Position numbers and translations under genes: made by a program
Shown here: in pieces, positions 38,598 through 48,890 of the stretch
Layout of the letters: each line of letters opens with the position of its first letter
How positions within the stretch are numbered: position 1 is the stretch's first letter
DNA from: an uncultured bacterium
GTDB lineage: Bacteria > Bacillota > Clostridia > Oscillospirales > Oscillospiraceae
Assembly (NCBI GenBank): GCA_947564255.1
Contig: CANOBV010000001.1
Coordinates: 5,404 to 69,403, forward strand
Direction of reading: 5' to 3'
DNA: 64,000 nucleotides
The notes under the pieces: generated by a model
The model's database searches: none
The model's input: only the letters and a program-made list of their open reading frames with translations
Told to the model about the DNA's origin: nothing

Positions 38598-38760
38598 AGT
38601 TGACGTGGTTTCTTTTCAACCTGTTTGGCGGTGATTCGCCGCACAGGCCGCAAAGCGGTCTCGCGTCGGACTTCATAGTCAGCGCACAGGCTCTGCCAGA
38701 CAGCGGCGTAGCCGTTGCCTGAAAATCGGCAATTGCCGATTTTCAACTGCACTGACTATA
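38595..38760. repeat. Hairpin-rich element bounded by TATAGT...ACTATA (MITE/REP-like or structured RNA)
   Basis: Imperfect terminal inverted repeat, several internal hairpins, 26-bp perfect palindrome at 38720-38745. Confidence 0.55.
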
Positions 38761-38812
38761 CTGTATAAAATGAGCATAGATAGAGGATTAAACATTTCTT
38801 TTTCGCTTCCTG

Positions 38813-39289
38813 TTACTCCAGGTCATTCAGCCCCTCGAACAGTTCGTTGAAGGACTTCATCCCGGCGCACCGCCCGAAGGACAGCTCCCGGTCCTCCCCG
38901 AACTCCAGGAGGAAGCACTTGGCCAGTTCCTCCACCGTCACCTCCAGCGCCCCGAAAAACTGCCGGCAGGCGAAGCTCCGGGCGGGGGTGCCCTCCTCAA
39001 ACTGGCTGACGATAAGGGATTCCGTCACCTGGTCCAGGGGGTACAGCTTCAGGTGCATCAGTTCGTGGACGATGACCTCCTCCAAATTCTCCTGCTTTGG
39101 GTCTAACGCATTGAGCAGCAAAATGGCCTTTCGGTCGTCGCAGTCGATTTTGATATCGCCGGTTTTGGGCCAGGCCGGGTCCTCCACCCACTCCAGGCGC
39201 ACGTCCCAGCCGGGGGTGAGGCGGAGCTTTTTGATCCAAAACTCAAACCGCGCCTGGAGCTTTGCCCGGCCCACAGCAGGGGCGCTCAT
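38813..39289 (-). CDS. Hypothetical protein with HExxH zincin-like motif
   Basis: EEVIVHELMHLKL; ATGA overlap with rpiB. Confidence 0.7.
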   Translation of the reverse strand: MSAPAVGRAKLQARFEFWIKKLRLTPGWDVRLEWVEDPAWPKTGDIKIDCDDRKAILLLNALDPKQENLEEVIVHELMHLKLYPLDQVTESLIVSQFEEGTPARSFACRQFFGALEVTVEELAKCFLLEFGEDRELSFGRCAGMKSFNELFEGLNDLE

Positions 39290-39723
39290 CCCTCGAGCTC
39301 CATCATTTTGTCGATCCGGCGCTGGTGGCGGCCTCCCTCGAAGTCCGTGGACAAAAACACGTCCAAAATACGCTCCGCCAGGTTGCCCCCGGTGACCCCG
39401 GCCCCCATGGCCAGCACGTTGGCGTCATTGTGGCGGCGGGTCATCTCGGCGGACAGGGTTTCGTGGCACAGGGCGCACCGTACCCCCTTCACCTTGTTGG
39501 CCGCCATGGACATGCCGATGCCGGTGGTACACAGCACCACCCCCCGCTCACACACACCGTCCGCCACCAGCCGGGCGGCGGCGGCGCCGAAGTCGGGGTA
39601 ATCGCAGCTGTCCGTACTGTTTGTGCCGCAGTCGGCGACCTCATGGCCCTGGTCCAGGAGATGGGCCTTCAGCCGCTCCTTCAGTTCATAAGCGCCGTGG
39701 TCGCAGGCAATGGAAATTTTCAT
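39286..39723 (-). CDS. rpiB: Ribose-5-phosphate isomerase B
   Basis: IACDHGA, DYPDF, LCTTGIGMSMAANKVKGVR, RHNDANVL, FEGGRHQRR. Confidence 0.95.
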   Translation of the reverse strand: MKISIACDHGAYELKERLKAHLLDQGHEVADCGTNSTDSCDYPDFGAAAARLVADGVCERGVVLCTTGIGMSMAANKVKGVRCALCHETLSAEMTRRHNDANVLAMGAGVTGGNLAERILDVFLSTDFEGGRHQRRIDKMMELEG

Positions 39724-39739
39724 CCGTCAAATCCTCCGT

Positions 39740-40555
39740 TTACAGTTTGTGAAGCACCGGCTTCCGGCGTTCATAGGTGGTCACGCAGTCAAATCCCGCC
39801 GCCTTGAGCATCTCCATGGCCTGGGGGACGCCCTTGGCCACGTCCTCGGGGCGGTGGGCGTCCGCCCCCACGGTGACCAGCTCCCCGCCGCACTCCTTGA
39901 ACCAGGAGAGCAGAAGAGGCCAGGAGCCCAGGTCGGCGCCATGCCAGGTGTTTACCTCCATGGCGCGGCCCGTGCGGGCCATCTCGGTGAAAATGGCCCG
40001 CACCCGGTCCTCATAATCGGCGATGGACAGCTCCACCCCGTCCCGGCGGATATACCGCAGGGGGTAGACGATGTGGGCCAGGCTGTCGTAGCAGTCGGCA
40101 CACTTTGTCACCAGAGTCCAGGTGTGGTCCAGGGTGCTCTCCATCACCTTGCGGGCCAAGGCCGTGTTTCTGTGGAAGCTGGAAAAATATAGGTCCCGGT
40201 TTCCCTCCATGCCAATCCAGTTGTGGAGGGAACCCAGCACGAAATCCATCTCTTCTCCGCCCTGAGCCAGGACCTCCCGGGCGGTTTGGGGGTCGTAGGG
40301 GGCTGAGCCCAGTTCAATCCCCAGGCGGAGGGTGAGCCTGCCCCCCAGCTGAGCTTTGGCGGCGCGGTACTGTTCCTTGGCGGAGGCCCAGTCAAAGGGC
40401 CCCGCCGGGATGCCGGCGTAGTCCAGCAGGTCGTGGTGGTCGGTGACGCAGAACTCCGCCAGCCCGGCGGCTATGGCGGCGTGGGCGGTGTCCAGCAGCT
40501 CCGCGCCGCTGTCGGGGGAAATTTTGGTGTGGCTGTGCGTGTCGCAGAGATACAT
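39740..40555 (-). CDS. PHP-domain phosphatase, histidinol-phosphatase HisJ family
   Basis: DTHSH, VTDHHD, LGIELG, DFVLGSLH, LAH, EVNT, TVGADAH. Confidence 0.85.
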   Translation of the reverse strand: MYLCDTHSHTKISPDSGAELLDTAHAAIAAGLAEFCVTDHHDLLDYAGIPAGPFDWASAKEQYRAAKAQLGGRLTLRLGIELGSAPYDPQTAREVLAQGGEEMDFVLGSLHNWIGMEGNRDLYFSSFHRNTALARKVMESTLDHTWTLVTKCADCYDSLAHIVYPLRYIRRDGVELSIADYEDRVRAIFTEMARTGRAMEVNTWHGADLGSWPLLLSWFKECGGELVTVGADAHRPEDVAKGVPQAMEMLKAAGFDCVTTYERRKPVLHKL

Positions 40556-40600
40556 ATTTTATCACCTTATAATCAACATGAACGGCAAACGCCGTTGACC

Positions 40601-40734
40601 GTCTCGGTCCGGGTGCCTGGCCCAGGGAGGGGACCATCGAGAGGAAAGCCGCAAGACGGGCCAGTCCGCCTACAGGTTCATCAGAAGAGACCCTATATCA
40701 GGAGGCGCATATATGATGCACCACCCTCCCAGAC
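40601..40734 (-). ncRNA. Candidate structured RNA (four-way junction), family unassigned
   Basis: Four abutting helices; G-U pairs are only possible on the minus strand (see findings). Confidence 0.35.
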
Positions 40735-40748
40735 CTCCGCCCCCTCTC

Positions 40749-40908
40749 TCGGCAAGGCCGGAAGCGAGGGATATGGAGCTTGTGCAAAACGGCCCTTGAC
40801 CCAAATCGAAGCCCAGCGAAGCGGGTTCGATTTGGAACTGTAGACACAGCGGAATGAGGGAGCTTTCGGCAAGGCCGGAAGCGAGGGATATGGAGCTTGT
40901 GTCTACAG
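40749..40908. repeat. Composite intergenic repeat: two identical 36-bp direct repeats around a hairpin
   Basis: TCGGCAAGGCCGGAAGCGAGGGATATGGAGCTTGTG at 40749-40784 and 40866-40901; hairpin CCAAATCGAA...TTCGATTTGG at 40801-40835; 11-bp inverted repeat CTGTAGACACA/TGTGTCTACAG. Confidence 0.8.
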
Positions 40909-43203
40909 CGGCCAGCTGGGAAACCAGCGCAGGAAATATTGGCTGTACCAGGTGGGGACGTAAAGGCCGATGAGTTCCGGGTAGAACACGGCGTACAGCG
41001 CCGCGGCGTACCCGGTGAAACCGTAGACGGCCAGACGGTATCCCTTTTGCTTGCGGGATACCATGTCGTCCATGAGATAGGTGATGGCGAAGCACAAAAA
41101 CAGGACTGTGGGGAAGTAGTGGTAAGCGAACAGAATGCGGCCGATGGGCAGCCAGGGGACAAACTGAGACAGGACGGCGATGAGGATGAACAAGCCCTTG
41201 CCGCACTTGCGCCGCACCGTCTGGACTGCCACGGCGAAGAAGGACAGCAGCCCCGCCCAGGACACCAGGGGGTTGTTGAAGGAGGCGAACAGACTTTTCA
41301 TGCCGGGCACATCCAGATCCCGGTAGTACAGAATGGGACGGCCGTCGAAAATCCACTGATACCAATAGGATTCGTAGGGGTGGGGGGTATGGACGCCCTG
41401 ATGGTAGGTGAGCATGAAGTGCTGGTTCTTGAGCATGATGTCCACCGGATGGGCGGTGCTGCCAATCACGTCGAAGAAGCTTTGTTTTCCCCCATCCGCT
41501 CCCGGCTGGGCCATGGCGGACAGGTGCTTGGGGAGCTCGGTGAAGGGCCAGGACAGGCACTGCTGGACCAGACCGCCGAAGCCGGCGGTATTTCCCCGGG
41601 CCACGGCGTAAGGGAAGTAGGATATGGTGTAGATACACACCGGAATGAGGACGAAAAACAGCACGGACAGCAGGGTAATGCCCACCACATGGACTGTGAA
41701 AGAGGGCACCTGGGGCCGCTCCCAGGGGACTTCCTTCTCCAGGAACATGGCCTGAGCCACGTCTTCCTTGACCTCCGGGGGGGCGGATTGACGGCGGGCC
41801 TGGTGTTCGGCCTCCCGCCAGTCCCCAGCCTTGAAAATCATGCCCAGCAGCCAGAGAAGGGCCAGCCCCGCCCCGGCGTATACCACCGTCCACTTGGAGG
41901 CGCAGCCGACGCCCCAGAACAGGCCGCTGAGGAACAGGGGCAGGATATGCCAGCGCAGTTTTTTCCCCGCCGGCACCGCCAGGTAGCGGTACATGAAGTA
42001 GTAGGACACCAGGATGAAGAACACGCCGTAGGTGTCGATGGTGGCGATGCGGGTCTGGACCAGGTGCATGAAGTCGAAGGTAAACAGGGCCGTGCCGCAC
42101 AGGGCGGCCGGGGTTTTGCCGAACAGGTTTTTCAGGAAGATATACAGCACCGGAACCATCAGCACCCCGAACAGGGTCCCCATAAACCGCCAGCCGAAGG
42201 GCACCATGCCGAAGACCATGACGCCGATGGATAGGATCAGCTTGCCCAGCGGCGGGTGGGACACCTCGTAGGGATAGACGTTGTTTAAATGCTCCAGGGC
42301 GGTGCGGGGGTGGTAGATCTCGTCGAAATAGGACGAGTTCATATAGGTGGATTTGGATTCCCACAGCCCGTATTCATCGAACAGGGCGGCTCCCTGCTCG
42401 TCCACCCGGTCCGGGGCGGGCTTGGCCACCGGGGTGCGCTGCTCTTGGGCTGAACCCTCATGATAAACCTGCTCCCCGGACCACAGCGCCAGTTCCGCCA
42501 GCCACAGGCCCTCCTCCCGGGGGGCGCTGGCGGCGGTGAGCCGGAATTTGGAGGCCAGAATCACCCCCACGGGGGCCTCCCCCTCCTTGGCCTCCTCCCC
42601 GTTTTCATTCACCTTGGTCAGGTCCAGCACCTTCCATTTGAACAGGGAATTGTAGGGCTGGTCCAGCTTCACGCTCCGCCAGCTCCCGTCCTCCGCCTCC
42701 CACTCCAGGGTGTAGTACCCGGTGCCCAGAGAGGTAAAGTAGGACAGCTTATCCACCGCTGCCGGCTGGTCGTAGGAGAATTCCACACTTTCCCCCTGCT
42801 GGAATTTCACCGGATTCTGGGGGGCGTGGAGGTCCCCCAGCTGGAAAAAGGCGGTGAAGGCGTATACCGCCGTCAGCAGCAGCACGGGCAGGATGTCCCT
42901 TTTCTCCATGGGGTGGCAGGGCAGGGTGAGGGTCATGCGGGTGCGCCTGGAGCGCTCCTCCGCCATGGCGATCCACTCCAGGCTGTGGGGCCGGGGCCGC
43001 AGGCACAGCCAGTAGTAGACGAAAAAGGCGACGCATACCGCCAGCGCCGGGATGAACCAGGCGAAAGCGGGGGACAGGTTGCCGAAAAACCAGGATAGGC
43101 CGGACACCACCGCATCCCAGGCCCCCTGGAAAGTCAGCGGGGCGCTCTCCTCCGGGGCGGACGAGACGGCTAGAGCCAATGCGTTTATCATTATGTCCTC
43201 CAA
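40903..43203 (-). CDS. Phospholipid-carrier-dependent glycosyltransferase (dolichyl-phosphate-mannose-protein mannosyltransferase / PMT family)
   Basis: YFDEIYH, HPPLGK, PFGWRF, QTRIATID, ASKW, HPYESYWYQW, FAYHYFP; many TM helices; exact start uncertain. Confidence 0.85.
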   Translation of the reverse strand: MEDIMINALALAVSSAPEESAPLTFQGAWDAVVSGLSWFFGNLSPAFAWFIPALAVCVAFFVYYWLCLRPRPHSLEWIAMAEERSRRTRMTLTLPCHPMEKRDILPVLLLTAVYAFTAFFQLGDLHAPQNPVKFQQGESVEFSYDQPAAVDKLSYFTSLGTGYYTLEWEAEDGSWRSVKLDQPYNSLFKWKVLDLTKVNENGEEAKEGEAPVGVILASKFRLTAASAPREEGLWLAELALWSGEQVYHEGSAQEQRTPVAKPAPDRVDEQGAALFDEYGLWESKSTYMNSSYFDEIYHPRTALEHLNNVYPYEVSHPPLGKLILSIGVMVFGMVPFGWRFMGTLFGVLMVPVLYIFLKNLFGKTPAALCGTALFTFDFMHLVQTRIATIDTYGVFFILVSYYFMYRYLAVPAGKKLRWHILPLFLSGLFWGVGCASKWTVVYAGAGLALLWLLGMIFKAGDWREAEHQARRQSAPPEVKEDVAQAMFLEKEVPWERPQVPSFTVHVVGITLLSVLFFVLIPVCIYTISYFPYAVARGNTAGFGGLVQQCLSWPFTELPKHLSAMAQPGADGGKQSFFDVIGSTAHPVDIMLKNQHFMLTYHQGVHTPHPYESYWYQWIFDGRPILYYRDLDVPGMKSLFASFNNPLVSWAGLLSFFAVAVQTVRRKCGKGLFILIAVLSQFVPWLPIGRILFAYHYFPTVLFLCFAITYLMDDMVSRKQKGYRLAVYGFTGYAAALYAVFYPELIGLYVPTWYSQYFLRWFPSWPL

Positions 43204-43425
43204 TCAAGCACGCCGGACGTGCCGCAATTTACAAAGGATGGGCGAAAATGCCGATACAACAGCTATGATACTACGAACAGCCGGGAAAAGAAAGCCCTTT
43301 TTTATCTTTGCACGGAAACAGGCAAAGCCGGCCAGCAGTCCGGGGGGCGGTGTGCGAAAACGGGGCGGGTTTTTGGCATTGATACCGCGTTTTATCAGAT
43401 TCACATTTAATTTACAACTGAGCTA

Positions 43426-43454
43426 TTGACAATTCAGGGGGGTGGTGGTAGATT
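43426..43454 (+). promoter_or_regulatory. sigma-A promoter of the heat-shock operon
   Basis: TTGACA-17 bp-TAGATT with TG extended -10. Confidence 0.8.
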
Positions 43455-43458
43455 ATCT

Positions 43459-43485
43459 TTAGCACTCAGGAAGAACGAGTGCTAA
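43459..43485 (+). promoter_or_regulatory. CIRCE operator (HrcA binding site)
   Basis: Perfect TTAGCACTC-N9-GAGTGCTAA. Confidence 0.97.
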
Positions 43486-43508
43486 ATCTCTGGAGGGGAG
43501 GCAGGGTA

Positions 43509-44573
43509 TTGGAGCTGTCCGAGCGAAAAAAGAAAATTCTGCGGGCCGTGGTGGAAAGCTATATCCAGACGGCGGAGCCGGTGGGCTCCAAGGCGCTGGC
43601 ACAGCTGGCGGGGCTGAAGGTGTCCTCCGCCACCATCCGCAACGAGCTGGCCGACCTGACGGAGCAGGGCTATCTGGAACAGCCCCACACCTCCGCCGGA
43701 CGGGTCCCCTCGCCCAAAGGCTACCGGCTGTATGTCAACGAGCTGATGGAGGAGCAGCGGCTGAGCCTGGAGGAAACGAAGCAGATCAACGAGGCCCTTC
43801 ATTTGAAAATGCGGGAGCTGGACAAGGTCATCGACCAGGCGGGGCGCATGGTGTCCCAGCTCACCAACTACCCCGCGTTCGCCCTCACCGAGGGGGCGCG
43901 GCGGCTCACCATCAAGCGGTTCGACCTGATTCTGGTGGATACCGCCTCCTTCATCGCCGTGGTGATGACGGACAGCAGCGTGGTGAAAAACAAGCTGTTC
44001 CGCCTCCCCGCCGAGCTGTCCGAGCCCCAATTGCAGCTGCTCACCACCCTTTTGAACACCGCGTTCGTGGGCAAGACGCTGGACCAGCTCACCCCGGAGC
44101 TGATGCGGGTGGCGGAGCACGCGGCGGGCAGCTCCTACGGACTCATCTCCCTGGTGGTGTCTTTCGCCATGGAGGTGCTGGACTCGCTGGAGAGCAGCGC
44201 TGTGTACACCGCCGGAGCCAGCCACATTCTGGACCACCCCGAGTATCAGGACGTGGGCAAGGCCCAGAAGCTGATGAGCTACTTGTCCGAGGACCGCTCC
44301 CTGGCCCAGGCCCTGGCTCTGCCCGCGCTGGAGGGGGACGACACAAAAATTTTGATCGGCCCTGAAAACGTGGCCGACGAGCTGAAGGACACCAGTGTGG
44401 TGCTGGCAAGCTACGACATCGGAGACGGTATGAAAGGGGTTATCGGCGTGGTGGGCCCCACCCGGATGGACTACGCCAAGGTGGCCGCCAAGCTGTCCTG
44501 TGTGGCGGACGGGCTGTCCAAGCTGTTCGGTCAGCCGGAACTGCCCCCCAGCGCCCCGGAAAAGGAGGAATAA
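43509..44573 (+). CDS. hrcA: Heat-inducible transcription repressor HrcA
   Basis: LSERKKKIL, EPVGS, SSATIRNE, QPHTSAGRVPS, GVVGPTRMDY; TTG start. Confidence 0.95.
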   Translation: MELSERKKKILRAVVESYIQTAEPVGSKALAQLAGLKVSSATIRNELADLTEQGYLEQPHTSAGRVPSPKGYRLYVNELMEEQRLSLEETKQINEALHLKMRELDKVIDQAGRMVSQLTNYPAFALTEGARRLTIKRFDLILVDTASFIAVVMTDSSVVKNKLFRLPAELSEPQLQLLTTLLNTAFVGKTLDQLTPELMRVAEHAAGSSYGLISLVVSFAMEVLDSLESSAVYTAGASHILDHPEYQDVGKAQKLMSYLSEDRSLAQALALPALEGDDTKILIGPENVADELKDTSVVLASYDIGDGMKGVIGVVGPTRMDYAKVAAKLSCVADGLSKLFGQPELPPSAPEKEE

Positions 44574-44579
44574 ACGCCA

Positions 44580-45206
44580 ATGGCTAAAGACAAGATGAAC
44601 GAGAATCCCGTCCCCGAGGAAGAGCTGGACGAGACCGCCGGACAGGGGGCCGCAGAGGAGACCGCAGCGGCTCCCGAAACTGAGGAGGCCCCGGAGACCG
44701 CCGAAACCGCCGGCGACCCGGAAGTGCCGGGACCCAAGGCAAAAGGTTTTTTTGGAAAGACAAAAAAAGAGTCCCAGAAGGACAAGGGCCAGCTGCTGGC
44801 CGAGGCGGCGGACAAATACCTGCGTCTGGCGGCGGAGTACGACAACTACCGCAAGCGCACCGCCAAGGAGAAGGAAAACGCCTGGTCGGAAGCCAAGGCC
44901 CAGACCGTGGCGGCCTTCCTCCCCGTGTACGACAACCTGGAGCGGGCCCTGAAGCAGGAGACCGCCGACGAGGCCTACAAAAAGGGCGTGGAGATGACCA
45001 TGAAGGGTCTCCAGGACGCCCTGACCACCCTGGGGGTGGAGGTGATTCCCGCCCTGGGCGAGACCTTCGACCCCAACCGCCACAACGCCGTGATGCACTG
45101 CGACGACCCGGAGTCAGGCGAGAGCACCATCGTGGAGGTCTTCCAGCAGGGGTTCATCTGCGGGGACAAGGTTATCCGGTTCTCTATGGTCAAGGTCGCG
45201 AACTGA
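44580..45206 (+). CDS. grpE: Nucleotide exchange factor GrpE
   Basis: LRLAAEYDNYRKR, LPVYDNLERA, FDPNRHNAV, QQGF...VIR. Confidence 0.95.
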   Translation: MAKDKMNENPVPEEELDETAGQGAAEETAAAPETEEAPETAETAGDPEVPGPKAKGFFGKTKKESQKDKGQLLAEAADKYLRLAAEYDNYRKRTAKEKENAWSEAKAQTVAAFLPVYDNLERALKQETADEAYKKGVEMTMKGLQDALTTLGVEVIPALGETFDPNRHNAVMHCDDPESGESTIVEVFQQGFICGDKVIRFSMVKVAN

Positions 45207-45240
45207 CAGGGCTGATTTCAAAGGAAAGGAGCATCCTGAC

Positions 45241-45615
45241 ATGAGTGCTGAGTTTCCGATTCATTTGACGGACAGAGGCAAGGGATGGCGTAAGACACGG
45301 AAAAACGTTCGATTGGAATATGAGGATGGAACATGCCTGGACACGTCGGTGTTGGGCGAATCCCATCTGGAGCGCGGAAATTTTACCATTTCCGGCGGTT
45401 CGGTGAATGGATATTATGCTGAACCCGGTTCGGATAAAAAAATACGTGTTACCAACATCGCGGGAGGGAGAGACGGCAGGCTCCTCAAAGAGTGTCCGCA
45501 TTGTGGCGAAGCAAAGCCGCTGGATGAATTTGATGATTCCGGTCGGGTTACTGACGATCAGCGGGACCAAAGCCAGTGCAGCGAATGCCGGAACCGCTAT
45601 TACAGGGAGCGCTGA
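45241..45615 (+). CDS. Hypothetical protein with C-terminal CxxC...CxxC zinc ribbon
   Basis: RBS AAAGGAG; KECPHCGEAKPLDEF...QSQCSECR; about 50% GC. Confidence 0.7.
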   Translation: MSAEFPIHLTDRGKGWRKTRKNVRLEYEDGTCLDTSVLGESHLERGNFTISGGSVNGYYAEPGSDKKIRVTNIAGGRDGRLLKECPHCGEAKPLDEFDDSGRVTDDQRDQSQCSECRNRYYRER

Positions 45616-45738
45616 TTAAATGCGGCTTCGGCGCTTCGTAGATATTTTTCGCGAATTGCTCTTGCCGATTTAATCAGTCCTTTCTCAAGAATGCCGCTTC
45701 ACATTTTGTATCATATATATAATTTGGAGGAAAAAGTC

Positions 45739-47595
<1,857 letters not shown>

Positions 47596-47664
47596 TGAAC
47601 CTAAAAACGGGCGACAGCGGGGCACACTGCCCCGCCGTTCCCGTGTCAAGAGGTGATTCCATAT

Positions 47665-48804
47665 ATGGCAGATCAAAAGAGAGATTACTATGAGGTATTG
47701 GGCGTGGGCAAGACCGCGTCCGACGACGAGCTGAAAAGAGCTTACCGCAAGCTGGCCAAGCAGTACCACCCGGACATGAACCCGGGCAACGCGGAGGCGG
47801 AGGCCAAGTTTAAAGAGGTCAACGAGGCGTATGAGGTGCTGTCCGACAAGGACAAGCGGGCCAAGTACGACCAGTTCGGCCACGCCGGGGTGGACCCCAA
47901 TTTTGGGGCGGGCGGCTTCGGCGGTTTCGATATGGGAGACATCGACCTGGGGGATATTTTCGGTTCCTTCTTCGGCGGCGGCTTCGGTGGACAGCGTCAG
48001 GCCGACCCCAACGCCCCCAAGCGGGGGGCCTCCATACGGGCCAGCATTACAATCTCCTTTGCCGAGGCGATGAGCGGGTGCGAAAAGGAGCTGAATGTGC
48101 CCCGGATGGAGAGCTGTGATTCCTGCCACGGCACAGGCTGTGCCCCCGGCACCACCGCCGAGGTGTGCCCGGACTGCCGCGGGACAGGGCAAGTGCGCAT
48201 TCAGCGCGGCGGCGGCGGCTTCGCGTTTTCCACCACCGCGCCCTGTTCCAAATGCCGGGGCACAGGCAAGCTCATTCATCAGCCCTGTACCGGCTGCAGG
48301 GGCAGCGGAGAGGTCCGCCGCCAGCGGAAAATCAAGGTCAGGGTGCCCGCCGGTATTTACGACGGGCAGACCATCTCCATGCGGGGGCAGGGCAACAGCG
48401 GCGCCAACGGCGGCCCCGCCGGAGACCTGCTGGTCAATGTGGCCGTGCTTCCGGATTCCCGGTTTGAGCGGGACGGCAACGACCTGTATACCCAGCGCCA
48501 GGTGAGCTTTACCCAGGCGGCGTTGGGAGCGGAGCTGGATATAGAGACCATCGACGGCAAGGTGAAGTATAACCTGCCCGCCGGGACCCAGCCGGGCACA
48601 GTGTTCCGCCTGCGGGGAAAGGGCGCGCCCAGCGTCAACGGCCGGGGGCGGGGCGACCAGTACGTCACCGTCCAGATCCAGGTGCCCACCAACCTGACCA
48701 GCCAGCAGCGGGACGTGCTGTTGGCCTACGCCCAGGCCATGGGGGAGAGTACGCCCGCTCCGGCCACCCCCGTGAAGGATTTTTTCAAGAAAAAGAAGAA
48801 ATAA
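47665..48804 (+). CDS. dnaJ: Chaperone DnaJ
   Basis: J domain with HPD, G/F-rich region, four CxxCxGxG repeats. Confidence 0.97.
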   Translation: MADQKRDYYEVLGVGKTASDDELKRAYRKLAKQYHPDMNPGNAEAEAKFKEVNEAYEVLSDKDKRAKYDQFGHAGVDPNFGAGGFGGFDMGDIDLGDIFGSFFGGGFGGQRQADPNAPKRGASIRASITISFAEAMSGCEKELNVPRMESCDSCHGTGCAPGTTAEVCPDCRGTGQVRIQRGGGGFAFSTTAPCSKCRGTGKLIHQPCTGCRGSGEVRRQRKIKVRVPAGIYDGQTISMRGQGNSGANGGPAGDLLVNVAVLPDSRFERDGNDLYTQRQVSFTQAALGAELDIETIDGKVKYNLPAGTQPGTVFRLRGKGAPSVNGRGRGDQYVTVQIQVPTNLTSQQRDVLLAYAQAMGESTPAPATPVKDFFKKKKK

Positions 48805-48847
48805 AAACTGCCGGAGGCGGGACCATGGACGGCCCGACCGGCTGAGA

Positions 48848-48890
48848 ATAAAAGCAGACCGGCCAACGCTGTTGGCCGGTCTGCTTTTAT
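48848..48890. terminator. Bidirectional intrinsic terminator
   Basis: ATAAAAGCAGACCGGCCAAC-GCT-GTTGGCCGGTCTGCTTTTAT between convergent genes. Confidence 0.85.

Noticed and set aside
40601-40734. Assignment of the structured region as 6S RNA, hammerhead or glmS ribozyme
   Set aside because: It is short for 6S and the 6S-like words fall on opposite strands; CTGATGA lacks the downstream GAAA core; the glmS core motifs are absent. Kept only as an unassigned candidate.
40749-40901. Two identical 36-bp repeats as a mini CRISPR array
   Set aside because: Only two copies, an 81-bp structured spacer, and no leader or cas genes; it fits a REP/MITE-like repeat better.
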